A stretch of DNA of 63,838 nucleotides, counting the filler, from Perkinsus chesapeaki ATCC PRA-425 (lineage: Eukaryota; Protista; Perkinsozoa), in NCBI GenBank assembly GCA_013115145.1. It is 12 parts of 12 records of this genome, joined end to end, with 100 filler letters (N's around TTAATTAATTAA, not from the genome) between each part and the next. Parts side by side here need not be neighbours in the genome. Positions count along the whole stretch, not along the records: positions 56,356 to 60,878 come from JAAPAO010001250.1; positions 60,979 to 63,838 come from JAAPAO010001508.1; 10 more parts are not named here. One strand, given 5' to 3'. The position numbers were made by a program, and so were the translations under genes. The number at the start of each line of letters is the position of its first letter. The stretch's first letter is position 1. This document shows positions 56,781 to 63,838 of the stretch, one piece after another. The notes under the pieces were generated by a model that made no database searches, was not told the origin of the DNA, and saw only the letters and a program-made list of their open reading frames with translations.

Positions 56781-59560
56781 CTAACGACTCAACGCGGTCG
56801 TTAGAATTCCTAAGACCAAACTCGCTATCTCGAGGTCTTCAACAAACAGGAGGGGAAGGGGTAGACAGCAGGCGCAGAGCCGCACACTGTGCGGGGCGCA
56901 ACGTCCAGCTGCTGCCCCAGACACTGCAGAGGGAATGCCTCCTGCCTTAACAACACCATCATCGTCCAGCCATAGTGGGACAGCAGCATCATCAGAAATC
57001 CGATGCTCATGAATAATGACCTGATTATTGGCATCTCTGCCTAGGACTAAGCCAATTCTTGGAATAAAACCAGGGAACCTCCAAGTTGGAGGCTCCAACC
57101 GACTAAGGTGTGCATATCAAAAGGATGCAAACCTCGAGAACCCAAAGGTTCCACATCAGATCTCAACTTTCTCGGTTGAGGATCGTAAATAGCATCATCA
57201 AACGTCCTTGACCTTTTTGAAGAGAAATAATGACTGCCTTGAATAGTAGTAATATCTGGATCAGCGGGCATAAATCGCTTGACATGGTCTTTATGGTATA
57301 TTTGAGTTAGTTGTGAGTCATCCAGCTGTATTCATAACAAGCTCGACCAACACCTTGAGACCATTTACCATCTAGCTTATGACTTGGAGACTTTAGGACC
57401 AGCACTCTACAGCCTACATCCAACAAGGGCTCAGAGGCGGTCGTTGTTGTTGACTTAGCATCCCATTTTTGATATTTGGCTCTGGATCGAGTCCATTCAT
57501 CAATCCAAGCACGTAGCTGACGGCTTCGTTTCTTCTTCAAAGCTGCATAGACCGCATCTCTCCTGTAACGATTTTGAAAGCATACAAATTCTTCAATATC
57601 TTTCTCGGAGAGATCGTCAGACGGGCAGAGAAATGACACAAGAGGGAATGAGTGAGGTATACCATACACAACTTCATGGGGAGAGATTCCCAAATCAGGG
57701 TGTACTGTAGTATTAATACGAAGCTGACCAAGAGCTAATACATCATACCAATCTAGACCTTTATGCTCAGAGGGTAGTGGTCTAAGTGTAGAGCCTATGC
57801 GATTCTGCCTTTCGTAAAACCCTCCACTTGCCGGGTGTCTGAGGAGTAAACTCACATGTTATAGAAGAGGCATAGACCATCAAGCAGAACAGATCGCACA
57901 AATTGTGCTCCTTGGTCTGAAACAATGTACTCTGGCGCACGAAAGGTCAAGATAATATTGCGCTCTATTGCAGCAGATGCTACAGCAGCAGTTATAGTGG
58001 CTAAAGGGATCAGAACAGTATACCGACTCAACGGATCAACACATGTCAATATCCATCTAAACCCTCCTTTGCTTTCGTTCAGAGGACCAAATAGGTCTAC
58101 ACCCACAGTACTGAATATTTCAGTAGGACAAAGGTGTGAACCTACAGACTTCGACAATTGAGGTTGCTTGGTTAACTGACAACGTAAACATCCAGAATAA
58201 ATAGCCTTTGTATCTCTGCGCAACCTCGGCCACCAGCAATGACGCCGTAAACGGCGAATAGTATCTTCAAGATTAACATGACCAGAACTGCAATGGAAGT
58301 ACCACGCCACTTGCTTACAAACAGGCGAGCGGTTGAAGATGGCAGAACGAGCCGCAATCGACAGCTCTAGTCAGGATCAAACAATTTGTACAAGACACCT
58401 TCTCGAATGACCAAGCCGGGCATAAAACCTTTCACTGCAGGTGTAATATCACGCTGACTAACTGTGATTCTATCCAAGCGATCTTTAGAAGCAAGAAGCT
58501 CCAATGCTTCAACACATAAAGGATCCTTGGACTGCTCAGAGACAATAAAGCGATGCAATACATCTCGGGGACTAAGAGCCTCTCCACCTTTCCAAGCACG
58601 GAAAGTCTGAAGTTTTACACAGAAGTCAGACAGACAAGGAATACTATTAGATAAAGAATCAGAAACAGATAATGGATAATCATAATCAAATATTTCAATG
58701 GCGTCTGCCGCCAGGTTAGTAGCACGAGTACTCTCCGCTTCTTTTTCAGATGAGAGTGCTTCAAAAGGGTCTTCAAGAGCTGCTACATTCGCGGCGGCTA
58801 CATCATTAATGAGGCGAGAAAATGCATCGGCTTGCTGATTGCGAGAAGCTGAACAGTGAGATGTGCGAACAACAATACCTTTTGCGTTTAGAACATCTAT
58901 AACATCCATGCAGCATTCACGTAATCGCAGTGCGATCACGCATTATCGCACTAAAGCAAGCCATTCTACACCTTTACTATGATGTGGTTTATTATCCAAA
59001 CGACTGATTGCAATATTTGAGTCACTCATAGTAGTAACATGTGATAGAACGGGATAACAGCCTTCGTCTATTGAATGGAGCAAGGACATTAATGACGCGG
59101 CTATACAATACAACTCCCGTCTATTCGCATGCCACGCAATCGCTGTGTTGGTAAAAAGGTGAGTCTGTGCTCCTAACACAATACGAGGACTACTCGTGCA
59201 ATCATATCGAATAGAAGCATAAGCATCTTTCGATGCGTCATGAGATATCAGCATATTAGATGTAGAAGAGTACAGAGGAACCTCATCAGAAGTAAGGCTC
59301 CAAGCAACAGTGGCAGCTTCCAGATGAAATTTTACTAATCTTGCAGTAGGGGTTGACAATAGATCGTCCCAATCTTCAGCCAACTGGCCAGACAACTTAC
59401 GAACAATATCAGCATGACCCGGGGTCATTGACCCCGAGATTGAGCTTCGGGGATAGATTCACACAACCGTAAAAATTTACCTGCTTCAGAGAAAGCTTGA
59501 CGTTTAGTAAATACTTCATTAAAGGCAATTCTTGGTACAGTTCTTGGTAATTTAGTGTAC
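56781..59560 (-). pseudogene. Degenerate LTR retrotransposon pol (RT thumb remnant, RNase H, integrase, C-terminal extension) broken by stops and frameshifts
   Basis: HDASKDAYA..RRELYCI..MSDSNIA (RNase H), NQQADAFSR, HCWWPRL..CLRCQ, GVDLFGP, SDQGAQF and FYERQN spread over at least 5 ORFs. Confidence 0.85.
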
Positions 59561-60048
59561 TGAATGCAAGTGTACCGAGTTTATGGGTACGAGATAATAG
59601 TGAACGTACTTTTGGTGGTCGAACTGCCGATGATCTGAATAGGAGCGAACGAGCTGACTGTGTACGTGTTTCAAGCAATCGAGTTGAGTATGAACGTGAT
59701 TTATGGAGATTGAACATTAAGTGTACGTGTTTTATGTGTACCAATCGTTAACATCCCCATGCTCAAGCCCTTCCATTTCGGCAGCAAATTTGACTGCTTG
59801 TAAAGCAGCTCGGGCAACTGTTATAACGTCATCAGTAGAGCTTGCTGCCCATCGCTGCATCTTGCTTCTAGTGGCTGACACAACCTTCCGAAAAGATGGA
59901 CCGTCATTACACTCAAGGTTGAACCTTTGGAACTCCAAGGCTATGTCCAGGCCGTCAATAGCTTCCGACTCGACTTCTGAATACTTCAACTGTCCCAGAA
60001 CGAATCCTGCATCGGGTACCATTTTGTAGGGTTTGATAAGCAGTTAAG

Positions 60049-60108
60049 GGACTAGTAGTGAGACTCTCACTACTAGTCCTACTTCCCCTCTCACTGTGAG
60101 AGGGGAAG
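60049..60108. repeat. Two adjacent perfect palindromes, each with a 1-nt centre
   Basis: GGACTAGTAGTGAGA-C-TCTCACTACTAGTCC (15-bp arms, 60049-60079) and CTTCCCCTCTCAC-T-GTGAGAGGGGAAG (13-bp arms, 60082-60108). Confidence 0.95.
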
Positions 60109-61335
60109 AGGAGTCGCACTGGTGTAAGTCAAGTTAGAGATAAATGAAAGCAGCGCTTAACCCCCAAGGGAGCCATTTGCACCGACTTAGCTATGCGCAT
60201 GACGTACAACTACGCACAAGCATATCAACAAATAAACTAAGTCAGACACAAAACTAACAAGTTGAACTGAACTCAGTTCTTTCCCACTCGAGAACAATAA
60301 AAACCTCTCTAGAGGAGCCATTACTTATAACTATTCGGCTGCTACAGGGGGTGGCATACTCCCGAGGTGACATGTTCATGCGTGGCAATGCGACTTTCTT
60401 TCACAAAAGTAACGAAAGATTCTCAATTAAGGTTCATCACGAAGCAATGTGTAATGTTCCCTACTTCTTTGCTTACCCTATTTACACTTTTATGTGGTTG
60501 GCCGAAGCTGCATCTGCTTCAAGTATCCGCCGAGGACTTGCATGCAGCGTGCCTGGAGCGGTCCCCTTCTATATCGCATGAAGGAGTTTGGGTGCTCCTA
60601 GCTTTCCATGAGCCAACTGTCCATTGCTGTCACATCCCATCTGGTACATTACCAGATCGCTGGGAGATTTACAGCATCGCTTGCTATCTTTCACCAGTGT
60701 ACTCAACTTTAACTTGGATTCTAAGATAGTCCACTATCGCTCCATCTCTCCTCAGCCTTGTCATTTGTTCGCCGCCCCGGACTGTTCCTGGAGCAGGATG
60801 GTCACGCTCAAACAACACGCATGCGCATAGAGTGCGGGGACGATCACATCTGAGACTACGAAGCTGATCCCAGCAATANNNNNNNNNNNNNNNNNNNNNN
60901 NNNNNNNNNNNNNNNNNNNNNNTTAATTAATTAANNNNNNNNNNNNNNNNNNNNNNNNNNNNNNNNNNNNNNNNNNNNACATTTTTAGCCCCCAATTGAG
61001 ATTCTGTTTGGGCTTGTATATCACTATTATTCTCTAATGTCTCCTACGTCTGGTGTTAATGGTCACGATGCGAGTGGTGAAGGTGGAGTTGGGCAACATA
61101 GTGTTTATGCATGCAACTGTATAATCTGCATAGCTATGACGCTCATCGCAACTACTTACAATACTGGGAATACCTTCTCGGTTCTCAGCATTGCCGTATG
61201 TCTGAATGTAGAGGATAGGCATAAAAGCACGCTTACAATAGGCATAGCTTACTCCGAGAAAACTTGACATTCATTATTCAAGTATATGACGAATCGTCAT
61301 TGATGATGATGACTAGTTAATCAGCTATTGGAATG

Positions 61336-62397
61336 TTACACTTTTGATTTTGTATATCCAATCCGTTTAGCCTTAGGGTTGAAGTAGAAGTAATTTCCCA
61401 AGAACGCAGGCATGCCGAACAAATTGACATCATCGAACCTAATGCGTAAGAGGCAATCATTGTCTCGATATTCCAAGACCAAAGCTTCAGGGGATACTTC
61501 CAGAGCGACTTCCTCGCCTTGCATCCCTTCCACGGTGAAATACAGCGATGGCACATTCTCAGCGTCCGAGCAAGAGATAATAAAATCAGATCCTTCCTCT
61601 CGAATCGAAAACTTCTTCTTCCCAGTTTTCTGGAGGAAGCCAAGCACTCGGGCCTTCCACTTTTTATTAATGCAGATAACAGCGCTCCCCGTGTCAAAAG
61701 CTGCGGGAGACTTCATCTTGATTAGGTACTTAGGATCATCCCCTACTTGCAGACCATGCAGCTGCACAAACTGCCCAACATCCTTAACAATTTTGAAGAA
61801 CTTCAGTGGGCCCTCTTGTTTGGATGGATCTTCGCCCCCGAGGATGATTTCACCGGAGGCGAACCTTTCTCCATTGAAGTAGATTGAGAAAGACTCGTCC
61901 TTGATGATCTTCTTAGCAGCCAATTGTTGGGCTATAGACAAATTTTTAGTAGAAGCGCGCAAGCCCAACGATGCCCAGATCTCTTCCGGAGCTTGGTTGA
62001 AACCAGCAACCAAACCAATGTCTACTTGGGTAGATAATCCCTGACCAAGATAAAGATTACCAGCGTGGGGGAAGATTGAAACGCAAGTGTCATCTGCGAA
62101 GCAGAGTTTCTTCGTTGGGCCTTCCTCGCAAGGTGGTGAACATTCATAACAACCGAAGACAAGATCATCACAGTTTTGGCCAACGTCTTCAAACCACTTC
62201 CTCCAGACGAGAAATACAGGTGGGGCTCCGCTGTCAACCAGGCACGATACTTCTTGACCATCAACCTTCAACCTTGCTAAGGGTAATGGATAAATATCAT
62301 GAAGCTTAGTTAACTCAGAGTAAACCTCTATCTTGACCAACTGAGCACTGCCTAGTAGCATAGAGGCGGCATACCTATAGAACCCTTGCGCAGACAT
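61336..62397 (-). CDS. Pepsin-like (family A1) aspartic protease, single exon
   Basis: Two catalytic motifs LVDSGA and FDTGS; IILGG; LFGMPAFLGNYFYFNPKAKRIGY terminal strand pattern. 353 aa uninterrupted. Confidence 0.88.
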   Translation of the reverse strand: MSAQGFYRYAASMLLGSAQLVKIEVYSELTKLHDIYPLPLARLKVDGQEVSCLVDSGAPPVFLVWRKWFEDVGQNCDDLVFGCYECSPPCEEGPTKKLCFADDTCVSIFPHAGNLYLGQGLSTQVDIGLVAGFNQAPEEIWASLGLRASTKNLSIAQQLAAKKIIKDESFSIYFNGERFASGEIILGGEDPSKQEGPLKFFKIVKDVGQFVQLHGLQVGDDPKYLIKMKSPAAFDTGSAVICINKKWKARVLGFLQKTGKKKFSIREEGSDFIISCSDAENVPSLYFTVEGMQGEEVALEVSPEALVLEYRDNDCLLRIRFDDVNLFGMPAFLGNYFYFNPKAKRIGYTKSKV

Positions 62398-62789
62398 GGG
62401 AGTATTGCTGTGGTTGTTCCCTTAACAGATCTTGTGATTCACAACCGCGACTGCCACGACGTCACGAGAAGACAACGCTGTGCTTCACCCAGTCGTAACG
62501 ATGCCCTTGGTCACCTTAAGGCACCTTTTCCGCGCTTGTAGCGTGTTTAGATCTACTGCAGTGCATCCCGGTGAGAGTTTCTGACTGAGAACATAGCTAC
62601 TAGATAATTTCAGTTATACTCAGTTATACTGAGATCTACTCACCGAATGTGGTTATGTCTCTTTTCATGCTTTCCGTATAGTGAACACTAATTCACACGA
62701 TCGAAACGTCTGAACTCCGAGTTTGGGCGCCGTGGACGTCTGTCAGTCGCGTACAGGCATCGTTTAAGAGTCACGATACCACCAAACCA

Positions 62790-63060
62790 CAAACGAGAGG
62801 AGCTGTCAGTTGCACCAGAATTCTACCCCTTGTGTGCGGCCCGGCGCCTTCCGTTTACTCCTTTGCCTTCTGTTTGTTGAAGGCATGAAGATGGCCACTC
62901 GCCATTGGAGAGGCCGACTTAGGTTATTCTGGCGGCGTCGCAAGGTAATCGTTGGTCTCGCATCCATTTCTATCCGTTCGTTGAGGACTCGTTGACTCAA
63001 GCCCGTTTTTCCGCAAACGTCCTTTCGACCGCAGGAGCGATGCGCCGCGCCATGATTGTG
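62790..63060 (+). mobile_element. Relic 3' end of a retrotransposon related to the 56781-59560 element
   Basis: VCGPAPSVYSFAFCLLKA here versus VCGSAPAVYPFPSCLLKT at ~56830-56890 (-). 29/34-nt match between 63021-63054 and the reverse complement of 56676-56709. Confidence 0.6.
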
Positions 63061-63838
63061 ATAAGCCGAGCCGTTCACAGTTTAGCTAGTTGTAGGCAAG
63101 TGAATACTGACTCCGTGTGAAATGCGCTTCTGCCATGAAAATGTACAGTACCTTCACCAGAAGTTTTTTTGTTGTACGCACTGCATAGTATGCAGTGCAT
63201 ACTACGCAGCCAGCACATCTGTGCGAGCTTAACATTGACAAATTATTGCCAAACTGTCGACGGTCATATAATTATCAGGTTCTCGATCACCCATGCAAGC
63301 ATTATGCTTGAAGCATACTGCCTACAGCCCCCATCATACCAAATTGCTATTAGCATACCGTCTCATAGAATCTGGCAAGCCCTTTCGATTGGTATATATT
63401 ACATCATTAAACTCGATGAATATGGAGAGCTACGTGAAGTGGATCCTTATTTCGTATACAGTGTATACTATACACTCTGTGAACTCCCGTCCTATCGATC
63501 CGAAGGAGGAGGGGAATCTGGTTGCAACGAGCAATTTTGGCCGAACGCCTACGCGGGCGTTTCCAAGAGATTGCCTCCTTCTTGCTTACTTCGTGCAATC
63601 CAGCTAAAACTGGTCTATTTCAAAATAGATACGAAAATCATATAATCTGAAATTGACACCCAAAGTTCTCGTCGATTTTTCCGAGGACAGCGCGCTCGTG
63701 TGAAGGTTAGCCATTAAGCAGGTAAGAATCTTACCGTAAGAGAAACCTTTTCCATCTTGCCAGACTCGAGCTTCGAGGAGAACGTGAAGCCGCATGATCC
63801 ATTGTTTATTAACATGTCACATGTAACATCATTTTTGT

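Noticed and set aside
59732-60022. LDIALEF and STDDV as RT catalytic motifs
   Set aside because: The spacing (~39 aa) is much shorter than in LTR RTs and the PFG-like motif is absent; left as an unknown ORF.
28310-60978. Eleven recurring TTAATTAATTAA motifs
   Set aside because: Always centred in exactly 100 bp of N padding. They are artificial six-frame-stop contig spacers, so cross-spacer gene neighbourhoods were not interpreted.

Overview
Eukaryotic genomic DNA with short GT-AG (occasionally GC-AG) introns, compact genes, and S28-peptidase and pepsin-like families. It most resembles a perkinsid alveolate (Perkinsus-like); that assignment is inference, not a database result. The window is about 12 contigs joined by artificial 100-bp spacers (44 N + TTAATTAATTAA + 44 N), so adjacency across spacers is not biological. 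Contig 1 (1-28309) is gene-dense. It carries a giant FN3 / 'YxLCWC'-repeat / Cys-rich / multi-TM surface protein, a GT31 glycosyltransferase, an RLK/Pelle-IRAK-like kinase with two FHA domains, UNC-50, an RrmJ/MRM2 methyltransferase, tRNA-Arg(TCG) and a hypothetical gene. Next come a divergent DDB1/SF3B3-family propeller gene and an S28 peptidase. The second half is mostly mobile DNA: several Ty3/gypsy-order LTR retrotransposon pieces (one with a -1 frameshift signal), a probable DIRS/Ngaro gag, a 15-bp-periodic transposon-end array, a tRNA-derived Pol III-like unit, twin palindromes and an intronless aspartic protease. The best candidate for an undescribed system is 39965-44958. It encodes a Pif1-family helicase fused in one reading frame to a Mutator (MULE) DDE transposase with a zinc-finger DNA-binding region and a SWIM finger, with no Helitron Rep domain. 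All domain calls and exon boundaries were made by eye.
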